Assembly (NCBI GenBank): GCA_026391945.1
Contig: JAPLDA010000011.1
Coordinates: forward strand, 8,188 to 72,187
Origin: Bacteroidota bacterium
GTDB lineage: Bacteria; Bacteroidota; Bacteroidia; AKYH767-A; 2013-40CM-41-45
Length of the DNA: 64,000 nt
Direction of reading: 5' to 3'
A program made the translations under genes and the position numbers. The notes beneath the pieces were generated by a model. That model ran no database searches. It was not told where the DNA came from and saw only the letters and a program-made list of their open reading frames with translations. Of this stretch, positions 10,511-19,407 are shown piece after piece; the stretch's first letter is position 1; the number at the start of each line of letters is the position of its first letter.

Positions 10511-11227
10511 TTGTTTTCCATATTCAGAACATACTTTTCAAAGGATAAAAAACTTTTTCACGCGCTGAAAAATCTTCTCGGTTTTTATCCGAACAACCTT
10601 GCCGTTTATAAACTGGCATTCAGTCACCGGAGCAGTGCAGAAGAACATCCGAGCGGACTCAAGATGAGCAACGAACGCCTTGAATACCTCGGCGATGCTA
10701 TTCTCGGAGCCGTGGTAGCAGAAATGTTGTTCAGGAAATTTCCATTCAAAGAAGAAGGGTTTCTTACGGAGATGCGCTCGAAAATTGTAAACCGTGAAAA
10801 CCTCAACAAGCTTGCATTGAAACTGGGAATCGATCATTACATGAACGGATCCATTGACCCGGCGGCGAAAAGCCGTTCGGTGTATGGCGATGCATTTGAA
10901 GCGCTGATTGGCGCCGTTTACATCGACAAAGGTTACAGCGTCACCCGTTCGCTGATCCTTCACCGGTTCATCAAACACCACATTGATGTGGAAGAACTCG
11001 AATTGCTGGAACATAACTTCAAAAGCAAGCTCATCAACTGGGGACAACGCGAACGTAAGAATGTAGAATTCGAATTGCTGGAAGAGGTGGAAAACGGTGG
11101 AAAGCGTTTGCTGCGTGTCAGGGTTTTGGTGAACGGTGAAGAACTGGCAAGAGGTGAAGACTATTCGAAAAAAAGAGCCGAGCAAATTGCCGCTCAGAAA
11201 GTCTGCGAGTCAATAGGTATCAGTTAA
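10511..11227 (+). CDS. rnc: Ribonuclease III
   Basis: NERLEYLGDAIL signature, GDAFEALIGA, C-terminal dsRBD (SKKRAEQIAA). Confidence 0.97.
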   Translation: MFSIFRTYFSKDKKLFHALKNLLGFYPNNLAVYKLAFSHRSSAEEHPSGLKMSNERLEYLGDAILGAVVAEMLFRKFPFKEEGFLTEMRSKIVNRENLNKLALKLGIDHYMNGSIDPAAKSRSVYGDAFEALIGAVYIDKGYSVTRSLILHRFIKHHIDVEELELLEHNFKSKLINWGQRERKNVEFELLEEVENGGKRLLRVRVLVNGEELARGEDYSKKRAEQIAAQKVCESIGIS

Positions 11228-11288
11228 GCATCGGTTTCTGATCGAGAAGCAAGTAACAAAAAAGGGAACTTACTTTTTTATTATTTTT

Positions 11289-11368
11289 TTCACCACGGAG
11301 ATTCTGAGTACACAGAGGTTCACGGAGACATCTCTGTGGCTTTTTCGTGTCCTCCGTGCCGTGGTGAA
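11289..11368. repeat. Hairpin element of degenerate ~9-10-mer CAC(A/G)GAG units and their inverted copies
   Basis: Perfect terminal IR TTCACCACGG / CCGTGGTGAA; inner CACAGAG and CACGGAG versus CTCTGTG and CTCCGTG. Confidence 0.75.
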
Positions 11369-11465
11369 CTAATTTGTGAGCAAATGGAATAAGAGGAAAG
11401 AAGCCTGGTATTTTTTGTTATGAAAAATCACGTTTCTCATCTTCATTCCTTAATACTTTTTTCTC

Positions 11466-11473
11466 TACTTTTG
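11466..11473 (+). promoter_or_regulatory. -7 promoter element for the acyl-CoA dehydrogenase
   Basis: TACTTTTG matches TAnnTTTG. Confidence 0.5.
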
Positions 11474-11564
11474 TCCGCCTGAAGAGCAGTTATCAGAACG
11501 GATTTAGCATTTAAAATTTGATTTCTGAAATCATCAGAATATCTAAAAAATAAAATTATTCCTT

Positions 11565-12743
11565 ATGGCTCAAGACAGATTTCAATCGCACGATTATTAT
11601 TTGATGGATGAATTGCTCACGGAAGAACATAAACTCATTCGTTCCAGTGTGCGCGACTGGGTGAAAAAAGAAGTGTCGCCGGTTGTGGAAGAAGCCTGTC
11701 AGAAAGCGACATTCCCGAAACAATGGATCAAAGGATTGGCGGAGATCGGCGGCTTCGGTCCGTACATACCGGAAGAATACGGCGGCGGCGGGCTCGACCA
11801 GGTTTCTTATGGCCTCATCATGCAGGAGCTGGAGCGCGGCGATTCCGGTTTGCGTTCCACCGCTTCGGTTCAGAGTTCACTCGTGATGTATCCTATTTAC
11901 ACGTATGGAAGTGAAGAGCAGCGAAAAAAATATCTTCCCAAACTGGCCAGCGGCGAATGGATGGGATGTTTCGGGCTCACCGAACCGGATCATGGAAGCA
12001 ATCCCGGCGGCATGCTCAGCAACATCAAAGACAAAGGCGATCATTTTTTACTGAACGGTTCGAAGATGTGGATCAGCAATGCACCGTTTGCTGATGTAGC
12101 CGTGGTATGGGCGAAGGATGAACAGGGAATCATCCGCGGGATGGTTCTGGAACGCGGCATGAAAGGGTTCACCACTCCGGAAACCCACGGCAAATGGTCG
12201 CTGCGCGCCAGCGCTACCGGCGAACTGGTTTTTGATAACGTGAAAGTCCCGAAAGAAAATATTTTCCCGAATGTAAAAGGACTGAAAGGTCCTTTGGGCT
12301 GCCTGAATTCGGCGCGGTACGGAATTGCCTGGGGCGCCATCGGCGCTGCACTGGATTGCTATGATTCGGCTCTGCGCTATGCGAAGGAGCGCGTTCAGTT
12401 CGGGAAACCGATAGCGTCGTTCCAGCTTACTCAGAAAAAACTCGCCGAGATGATTACGGAAATCACCAAGGCACAACTGCTCACCTGGCGTTTGGGAGTT
12501 TTGAAAAATGAAAACCGTGCAACACCGGCACAGATCAGCATGGCCAAGCGAAACAATGTGAACATGGCGTTGCAGGTTGCCCGCGAAGCGCGACAGATAC
12601 ACGGCGGCATGGGCATCACGGGCGAGTACCCGATCATGCGCCACATGATGAACCTCGAAAGCGTAATCACCTACGAAGGCACGCACGACATTCATTTGCT
12701 CATAACAGGAATGGATGTAACGGGGATCAATGCGTTTGAATAA
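11565..12743 (+). CDS. gcdH: Acyl-CoA dehydrogenase, glutaryl-CoA dehydrogenase type
   Basis: GCFGLTEPDHGSNP, ELERGDSGLRS..SVQSSLVM, HMMNLESVITYEGTHDIH. Confidence 0.85.
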   Translation: MAQDRFQSHDYYLMDELLTEEHKLIRSSVRDWVKKEVSPVVEEACQKATFPKQWIKGLAEIGGFGPYIPEEYGGGGLDQVSYGLIMQELERGDSGLRSTASVQSSLVMYPIYTYGSEEQRKKYLPKLASGEWMGCFGLTEPDHGSNPGGMLSNIKDKGDHFLLNGSKMWISNAPFADVAVVWAKDEQGIIRGMVLERGMKGFTTPETHGKWSLRASATGELVFDNVKVPKENIFPNVKGLKGPLGCLNSARYGIAWGAIGAALDCYDSALRYAKERVQFGKPIASFQLTQKKLAEMITEITKAQLLTWRLGVLKNENRATPAQISMAKRNNVNMALQVAREARQIHGGMGITGEYPIMRHMMNLESVITYEGTHDIHLLITGMDVTGINAFE

Positions 12744-12752
12744 ACCGAAGGC

Positions 12753-12787
12753 GGAGGCTGGAAATTGGAAGACGGAAGTTGGGCGGT
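12753..12787 (+). repeat. Degenerate heptamer tandem repeat (GGAAGNN-like x5)
   Basis: GGAGGCT GGAAATT GGAAGAC GGAAGTT GGGCGGT, starting 10 bp after the stop codon. Confidence 0.55.
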
Positions 12788-12875
12788 TGACATAATCACT
12801 AAGCATTGGTTCATGATTCTTACATCCTGTTATTTTTTTTTGTATTTTTCTGCTCCTAATCTAAAACCTATCACC

Positions 12876-13682
12876 ATGAAATTAAAATCTACCATTCTTA
12901 CCCGGAGCATGTTCCTGTTATTCAGCATTAGCCTGGTAACGGTTTCGAATGCCCGCCCGCTTGTGTATTGCGTTCCTACGTTTTTGAACGGATGTACGCA
13001 ATGGAATAATCACACCATCACCCTGAACACCATCAACTGGACAATCGGTGCAACAGCCTGCACCGTTTCAGATTATACCAGTCAGTCCACCACGCTCACG
13101 GCCGGAACATCTTACCCGATGACCGTGATCAACGGCGCCTGGTGCGGTTGTTCTGTCTGGATCGATTTTAACCAGAACCAGGTGTTTGATACGATAGAAA
13201 ATCTTTATCATTCGTACCAGGGCAACTCGCCAACCTTCACGTATAATTTCAACATTGCCATTCCTGCTACTGCACCCAACGGAACTTACCGGATGCGTGT
13301 AATCGGGCCATGGGGATCTGACGGATATACAGTCGGTAGTGGTAATGGATGGGGCGGCTGTGGTTCTTACCAGTATGGAAACTTTGAGGACTTTACCGTT
13401 ACCATTGTTGGTTCCGTTGGTATTCCAAACATTGCCGGCAACAACTTACCTGTGATGTCTGCTAGTCCGAATCCTGCAACTACGGAAATCACCGTCACGA
13501 TGAATGACATAAAAGGAAAGGAAGCGAAACTGCAGCTCATGGATATTACCGGGAAACTCATACGCACCATAGATGTTCGAAGTGAAAAGGAAGTGCTCGA
13601 TATCGCCGATCTTTCAAAAGGAATTTACATTCTCCATTATGCCGACGGTGATCGCGGCCAGGACATCAGGCTGGTGAAATAA
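12876..13682 (+). CDS. GEVED-domain protein with T9SS type A C-terminal sorting domain
   Basis: VWIDFNQN..F, GTYRMRV, GNFEDFTV (GEVED-like); C-terminal SPNPAT...DITGK...LSKGIY. ATG 12876 preferred. Confidence 0.85.
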   Translation: MKLKSTILTRSMFLLFSISLVTVSNARPLVYCVPTFLNGCTQWNNHTITLNTINWTIGATACTVSDYTSQSTTLTAGTSYPMTVINGAWCGCSVWIDFNQNQVFDTIENLYHSYQGNSPTFTYNFNIAIPATAPNGTYRMRVIGPWGSDGYTVGSGNGWGGCGSYQYGNFEDFTVTIVGSVGIPNIAGNNLPVMSASPNPATTEITVTMNDIKGKEAKLQLMDITGKLIRTIDVRSEKEVLDIADLSKGIYILHYADGDRGQDIRLVK

Positions 13683-13736
13683 AATACCAACGCCAGCAAA
13701 ACGCTTTCCTGTTTTCGAAAGCAAATTTCTACTCAT

Positions 13737-13769
13737 AAAAAGGACTCCTCTGAAACGGAGTCTTTTTTT
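13737..13769. terminator. Intrinsic terminator, possibly bidirectional
   Basis: AAAAA-GGACTCC-loop-GGAGTCT-TTTTTT between convergent genes. Confidence 0.75.
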
Positions 13770-13989
13770 GTGGGTTCATTCCAGCCTTTTTTATTTCTCT
13801 ATGTTCCATGGTAAAATTTTTTAAACATAGCATCGAGGACATGGAGGTTTGCCAGGAAACAGTGTGTTTACTCTGTCAATAGATTTGAGTCACCCAGGTT
13901 TAGGATAACACGTGAGCATGGAAGGTTGCAGAGGACTTTTTATACCAGGATTTCGGAAGCGAAGAAAAAAATACCGGGAAGAATTCCTG

Positions 13990-14199
13990 TCATGCCTTTT
14001 TCAAAAAACAGGTTTTGAGTACCAGCGTTACCTTATCTACGCGGCCTTCTATTTCGTCAGGGTTGGATGTGAGGCGGATGTTTTTTACCACCTGTCCTCT
14101 TTTCAGATCCGTAGGACTGCCTTTTACTTTTAAACTTTTAATGAGGGTTACGTTATCGCCTTCTGCAAGCAGGTTGCCATTGCTGTCTCTTACGTCCAT
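13990..14199 (-). CDS. phnA: PhnA/YjdM-like small protein (C-terminal PhnA domain only)
   Basis: VRDSNGNLLAEGDNVTLIKSLKVKG...VKNIRL...LKT.FLKKA. Confidence 0.85.
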   Translation of the reverse strand: MDVRDSNGNLLAEGDNVTLIKSLKVKGSPTDLKRGQVVKNIRLTSNPDEIEGRVDKVTLVLKTCFLKKA

Positions 14200-14274
14200 G
14201 ATTTTTATTGAATAAATAAATTAGAGCACGCAATATCCGACTTTATTTAAAAGTATAAACAAATTATTCCAACA

Positions 14275-14862
14275 CTATTTCTCAAAGTGAAGATTGGAGG
14301 GTTCCTTGTTCGGCATCAGGTTTTCTTTTCCTCTGCCCGTTGTTGGAACAGTGGTCTCCACCACATCGAAGTTCAGGTCGCTGAACCAGATCTGACCTGT
14401 GCCGACGAGCAATGCTCCGTATGCCATGTTGGAAGCGTTGAGCGGAACATCGAGGACAATTTCATATTTTTTCCAGTCGGTGGTTCCTTTCACAGGCCTG
14501 TCGAGCATGTTGTCGAACGACAATGGTATTTTTGAATGGGCTTCATCAATTCTCAGCCAGAGCCCGGCTTTGTCGTCCACATTTTTTGATTTTACGTAAC
14601 CGCTCATGCGGATTCTTCTCCCGATGTATTTGTCGGGCAGGCATTCCTGCATGAGCGTGCCGAAGCCATGAATTTTTTTGGTGTTGGATTGAATGGTGGC
14701 GGCGTTGCTGCCGTTTTGCCCGGCGCCTTTATCAATACCCATGTCGTAACTTTTCGGATCGCTTCCGGCTTTGAACCAACCTTTCGGTAAATCGAAAGAA
14801 AAAAATGTTGCGGCGATGGCGATGAACAATAAGCTTGTCAGGATTCTTTTTGTGGAGGTCAT
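14275..14862 (-). CDS. Exported stand-alone carbohydrate-binding-like beta-sandwich protein
   Basis: Signal-like N-terminus; FGTLMQ, AGLWLRID, FDNM..RPVKGTTDWKKYEIVLDVP, GTGQIW. I recall this domain fused to AraC regulators and esterases. Confidence 0.6.
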   Translation of the reverse strand: MTSTKRILTSLLFIAIAATFFSFDLPKGWFKAGSDPKSYDMGIDKGAGQNGSNAATIQSNTKKIHGFGTLMQECLPDKYIGRRIRMSGYVKSKNVDDKAGLWLRIDEAHSKIPLSFDNMLDRPVKGTTDWKKYEIVLDVPLNASNMAYGALLVGTGQIWFSDLNFDVVETTVPTTGRGKENLMPNKEPSNLHFEK

Positions 14863-15038
14863 GGGCGGGGAGGTGTTTGTTTTTCATGTCTCGAAACATG
14901 AAAGATTTCTTAATGCACCAAGTTACAAGATTTAAAATTATCCTTTTTTAAACAACGAAACTCTCAGAGCTAACCTACAAAATTTTTTTCTCATCCCCCA
15001 TGAAGCGATGAAAACAAAATAACAGCTATCGTTTGGTT

Positions 15039-16856
15039 TTATTTTACAGGTACAACTTCAGGCAAGGCGAGATTCTGCAGCCAGCTTTCGGCATTGCTGA
15101 GATCCTCTTTCATCACAGCAAGGTATCGTTCGCTTTCCTGGTGAATGGAAGTGAGGAGTCGTTTATAATAGTCAACGCCTTCAAGCAAATTGGTTTTGAA
15201 TGTCTGCAGGTACTTCGCCTGGCGCGCATTGATTTCACCGATGCTTTTTGAAATTTCATTTTTCAGGTAGTCCGTGTAAAGATTCAGTTCGTTGACGAAC
15301 ATGTTCGGGCGACGTAACGAATTGAGCAGGTTGCAGCGGCCGTAGATGTGATCTGCCATCTGTTGCAACGTGAAGATTCCTGAAAAGTACGCCAGGTTGG
15401 GCCCCGGGCAAATGGTAACGGCTTTGAGATGATGATGAAGAGGCATGTGGTTTTTCAGCAATATCGATGCATCCAGCCCTTCACACAAACAATCTTTTTC
15501 GACAATGGTTTTTAATTCCGCTTCAAAGATTTGTTCCGGAAGATTCTTCTCTTCGAGCTGTTTGATTTTCAGTTGTTGGTATTCACGCGAAGCGGTGCAG
15601 ATCGGCAGCGCAGTAAATTCGGTATTGGTGGAGAGAAACTTTTTATAGCACGGACTGCCCGGCCTTCCTTTGTCGATGCGCAATTGCATTTGTTTCTGAG
15701 CAGAACTTTTCCTGAAATTATGAAACGGTATTCCCAACGGTGAGTTGTTGCTCAGGTAATAATCTTCTTTTTCTGCCGTTGCCAGTTGGTGCAATGTTTC
15801 ATCATCCACGTTGGTCACTTCAGGCACCAGTAAAAAAGGACTTCCCCAGCCGGTGCCGTCCACATCGTAATAGCCGAGCAGGAAATTATTTTCATTGGAA
15901 GTGCCGATTCCGCCCTGGACGGTAATTTTCATTCCGGGCTGCTGAGGAAAAGCATCGTATTTTTTTTCAGTCAAGGCACGGCTGCACATTTCAAAAAGTT
16001 CAGCGGCAATCTCCTGTTTCTTTACTTTGAATTCTTCGAGGATGGGGCCGAGCAGGATTCCATCGGTCGCAAAAGCATGTCCGCCGCAGTTCAACCCGGA
16101 TTCGATCCTGAACTCTGAAACCCACAACCCTTTTTTTGCCATGAGTTTTCCCTGCGTGAGTGCAGAACGGTAGTCACTTACTTTCAGTATGATTTTCTTT
16201 TTCAGGTTTCCGTTTGCATCCGGGAAAAAGTCGCGGAAGTTTTCGATGTAAGCATACAAACGCGGGTTATAGCCGGCAGAAAATACGACGGAAGAATCCA
16301 GTTCGCTGTTGGCAAAACCCCTGAACGCCGACAGTGCGTCGGAATATTCCAAAGGCAACGGCTCGCCGCTCTTCGTATAAGCCGGCTTGTCGATTTTCGA
16401 CATGATGTTCACGTCGATGGAACCTGCAATGATTTTAGAGCGGAGTTCCTGTTGCAATGATTCCTTCTTTTTCCCTTCTTCTGAATGTTGCATCTCCCGG
16501 TAAGTTTTCTTTACAGGAGAATTGTCGGGAAGAAGTTCAAAATATTTCGTAAGATCGTTTCCTTCTTCAAAAGGAAGTGTGCGGAGTAGGTTCACCTGTT
16601 GCTTCACCAAACGGTTTAGGAGATCGAGGTAAGCGGTGATGCGTTTGGCGCGGAAATCAAAAACATCCGTGGTGATGGCATCATACTGCTCTCCTGATTG
16701 CAGGCAATGATATTTCCGCATCTCCTCAACCAATTCATCTTCGATGATGGAAACGACGGATGAAATTCCGAACCTGGCAATTTTTAAAGGAGTATCAATC
16801 GTATAGCACAATCCCATCACGGGAATGTGAAACGTATGTTGTTCGGCTCGGCTCAT
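15039..16856 (-). CDS. Conserved Bacteroidota hypothetical protein with nitronate monooxygenase/FabK-like FMN barrel motifs and a Cys-rich tail
   Basis: HTFHIPVMG, FSAG.NPRLY, ESGLNCGGHAF, VQGGIGT, GWGSPFL, SPLGIPF; Cys in SPCYKK, PICTAS, KDCLCEG, TICPGPN. Confidence 0.7.
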   Translation of the reverse strand: MSRAEQHTFHIPVMGLCYTIDTPLKIARFGISSVVSIIEDELVEEMRKYHCLQSGEQYDAITTDVFDFRAKRITAYLDLLNRLVKQQVNLLRTLPFEEGNDLTKYFELLPDNSPVKKTYREMQHSEEGKKKESLQQELRSKIIAGSIDVNIMSKIDKPAYTKSGEPLPLEYSDALSAFRGFANSELDSSVVFSAGYNPRLYAYIENFRDFFPDANGNLKKKIILKVSDYRSALTQGKLMAKKGLWVSEFRIESGLNCGGHAFATDGILLGPILEEFKVKKQEIAAELFEMCSRALTEKKYDAFPQQPGMKITVQGGIGTSNENNFLLGYYDVDGTGWGSPFLLVPEVTNVDDETLHQLATAEKEDYYLSNNSPLGIPFHNFRKSSAQKQMQLRIDKGRPGSPCYKKFLSTNTEFTALPICTASREYQQLKIKQLEEKNLPEQIFEAELKTIVEKDCLCEGLDASILLKNHMPLHHHLKAVTICPGPNLAYFSGIFTLQQMADHIYGRCNLLNSLRRPNMFVNELNLYTDYLKNEISKSIGEINARQAKYLQTFKTNLLEGVDYYKRLLTSIHQESERYLAVMKEDLSNAESWLQNLALPEVVPVK

Positions 16857-16951
16857 GTACGAATATTCATTGACAACATGAGAGTGTTCCGTTCGGCTGA
16901 ATCAATCCCACGCATCTGACTTTAAAGAAGGCATTTTTTCTTTGGATGGGT

Positions 16952-16967
16952 CATGACTTTGATCATG
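16952..16967. promoter_or_regulatory. Crp/Fnr-like palindrome CATGACTTTGATCATG
   Basis: CATGA-N6-TCATG about 95 bp upstream of the 605-aa gene; closely matches 6560-6573. Confidence 0.5.
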
Positions 16968-17504
16968 TTTTAGCATAGGCGCTGTTTCAATTGCCTTTCC
17001 ATATTTGGCCGTGTACAAAACGTGTTTGTAAAATTGGAAATGATTGATCATGTACCATCCGGAACTTCAATGAACAATGGAATAAAATTTCCGGTGTTTC
17101 CGATTCCATCAATAGACAATCGATATTTTTAAAATCGTTTTTATAAACTGGCTATTCCTCTTTTCCTTTGTGAATAGTATTGGTTGGATAATAAACGAAA
17201 CATGAGTGTGTAAGTGCTCCCTTGTTATTCGAAAGGGACTCGCAGTAAAATGCCCGATGCCGAATCATACTGCTAAAGATACCGGTGTATAAGTAATAAG
17301 GCAAGGGTTACACTTTCAAGTCTGATGATGAGCCTCCATTTTTTAAGCTCTCTTTTTAAATGAATATTCAATGAATATTTAATTGAATAGACAAAAAATA
17401 CGTTTTAATACTTTAATTTAGACAAAAGTTATTTTCGTTTCCGGATGAATTCGTTTTTGCAGTGAGTTGTTTCGTTAATTACAAACCAGTAATTTCTTTA
17501 AGCC

Positions 17505-17948
17505 ATGAGTAGAATAAATCAATCCATATTGATTATTTTTTTGATGAGTTATTCTTTGCTTACTTTTTCCCAGAACAAACAATTGGAAGAACACCGGCGC
17601 AAATGGGATACCCCGGCATGGACAGATACGATCAGGAATCCATATGTTAACATAACTGCAGCTACTGACAGTGGGAAAATATTGTATGGACAAATCTGCA
17701 GCGTATGTCATGGTATGTCCGGTAAAGGCGATGGCGTGGCTGCGGCAGGATTAAGTGTCAGGCCGGCCAACCATACTTCAGCGAATGTACAATTGCAAAC
17801 TGACGGTTCGTTGTTTCATGAATTATCAAACGGTCATGCGCCGATGCCAGCTTATAAAGATGCACTTACTCCAAAGCAACGTTGGTCACTGATCAATTAC
17901 ATACGGGTACTTGGAAAGAAAAACGCTCCAGTCAAATCTTCTCATTAA
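17505..17948 (+). CDS. Exported monoheme c-type cytochrome, paralogue of 6037-6477
   Basis: Signal peptide; CSVCHGMSGKGDG; DGSLF..LS.G..PM; QRWSLINYIR.LGKKN. Confidence 0.9.
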   Translation: MSRINQSILIIFLMSYSLLTFSQNKQLEEHRRKWDTPAWTDTIRNPYVNITAATDSGKILYGQICSVCHGMSGKGDGVAAAGLSVRPANHTSANVQLQTDGSLFHELSNGHAPMPAYKDALTPKQRWSLINYIRVLGKKNAPVKSSH

Positions 17949-17960
17949 TCATTAACATTT

Positions 17961-19103
17961 ATGCAAAAACCAAACGCTATGAAAAAATTAATCCTATTGC
18001 TATTTGTCGGTGCATGGTGCGTTTCGCCCACGTATGCACAATCTGACGCAAAAGAAAGTCCGAGAGATTTCGGGTCTAATAAACTTCTTATCACAGGTCA
18101 TGCAACCGTAACGGCTGTGATGGATTCGGGACAAAACAATATCAGTGAAGCCAATTTCTCAGCCATCTTCCTGTATCATTTGTCTGAAAAATTATTTTTA
18201 GAATCTGAACTTGAAATCGCAACAGGCGAAGGCAGCGCTGAACTCGGATTAGAGCATGCGAACCTGGTTTGGATGTTCAATAAAAACATTGCATTCCATG
18301 CCGGGCGTTTTGTACCTCATTTCGGTTTATACAGGGGCCGGCTTGGCGAAGGTTTTATCAATCGCTTCCCTACCGACCCGGCAGGATTTGGTGATGGCGG
18401 CATTGGAACCATGGAAGCTGTTGGTTTTGGTTTCCAGGGTGGTTTTGCTTTAGGTGTTTCAAAAATGAATTACGATCTGTGGGTGTCTGATGGACCGCAT
18501 CTTCTTACGGATATAGCAAATGCCGGCCAATTTGACTACGAGGCATACAAGGATAATAACAAGAACAAAGCGGTTGGCGGGCGCATCGGTTTTCTCCCAT
18601 TTACCAACTCCTGTCTTGAATTGGGTTTGTCTTTTGAAAATACAAAAAAGACGGGAGACCTGTATTCACCATTTGAGAATGTAGGCGTGAGAATGATGGC
18701 AGTGGATTTTAATTTTTATCACCAGGTGAGTCCATTGATGAGCACGATTCGTCTGACAGGTGAATATAAAAAACAAGACGTTGATAAATTTGATTATCCT
18801 GTTCCTTATGATTCAACAGGAGCTATTTTCACATTTGATAATTCGTCTAACGCATATTATGTATCGGCTTCAATTCGCCCAAGTAGCTCTGAGAATGAGA
18901 TCTTACGCAACTTCGAAATCGCGTATCGCTACTCAAAATTTACTACGCCCAAAGAGGCTCCATGGGGAACAGCCGAACCGGTTGTTCGCAATGTTGTAGC
19001 ACTTAATTACTGGCTGAAATGGAATTGTGTGTTAAAGGTTGCATTTCAGAAGGAGACAAACGTTGCCGACGCAGTGTATGTTCAAATGTTCTACGGTTTC
19101 TAA
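17961..19103 (+). CDS. Outer-membrane beta-barrel (porin-like)
   Basis: Signal peptide; amphipathic strands; ESELE, AGRF...FG, DNNKNKAVGGRIG; C-terminal YGF (BAM signal). Confidence 0.8.
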   Translation: MQKPNAMKKLILLLFVGAWCVSPTYAQSDAKESPRDFGSNKLLITGHATVTAVMDSGQNNISEANFSAIFLYHLSEKLFLESELEIATGEGSAELGLEHANLVWMFNKNIAFHAGRFVPHFGLYRGRLGEGFINRFPTDPAGFGDGGIGTMEAVGFGFQGGFALGVSKMNYDLWVSDGPHLLTDIANAGQFDYEAYKDNNKNKAVGGRIGFLPFTNSCLELGLSFENTKKTGDLYSPFENVGVRMMAVDFNFYHQVSPLMSTIRLTGEYKKQDVDKFDYPVPYDSTGAIFTFDNSSNAYYVSASIRPSSSENEILRNFEIAYRYSKFTTPKEAPWGTAEPVVRNVVALNYWLKWNCVLKVAFQKETNVADAVYVQMFYGF

Positions 19104-19126
19104 TCATTTTAAAAAAGAGAAAAACA

Positions 19127-19387
19127 ATGAAAAAAATAATCATACTTTTTATATTCGTCATGTCAGGAAGTGCTATGTTATTCAGCAGCTGCGCTCCTAC
19201 TAAAGAGATTGCTGACAAGAGCGGTGCCCAGTTATGGGGTGAGAATTGTAACCGTTGCCACAATGCTCCGTCTATGGATCAATATTCAAAAGAACAGTGG
19301 CCCATCATTGGCTCGCACATGAAACTGAAAGCAGGCCTCACCGATGATGAGGTAAACAAAATTGTTTCGTTTCTGAAAGGAAGTTAA
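19127..19387 (+). CDS. Small monoheme cytochrome c lipoprotein
   Basis: ATG 19127; lipobox FSSC; GAQLWGENCNRCH; QW..I..HM; LTDDE...IV.FL. Confidence 0.85.
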   Translation: MKKIIILFIFVMSGSAMLFSSCAPTKEIADKSGAQLWGENCNRCHNAPSMDQYSKEQWPIIGSHMKLKAGLTDDEVNKIVSFLKGS

Positions 19388-19407
19388 TTCGGGCTTTGGT
19401 TTGTGTC

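Noticed and set aside
17152-17268. 38-codon minus-strand ORF in the island intergenic region
   Set aside because: No recognisable features; could arise by chance.
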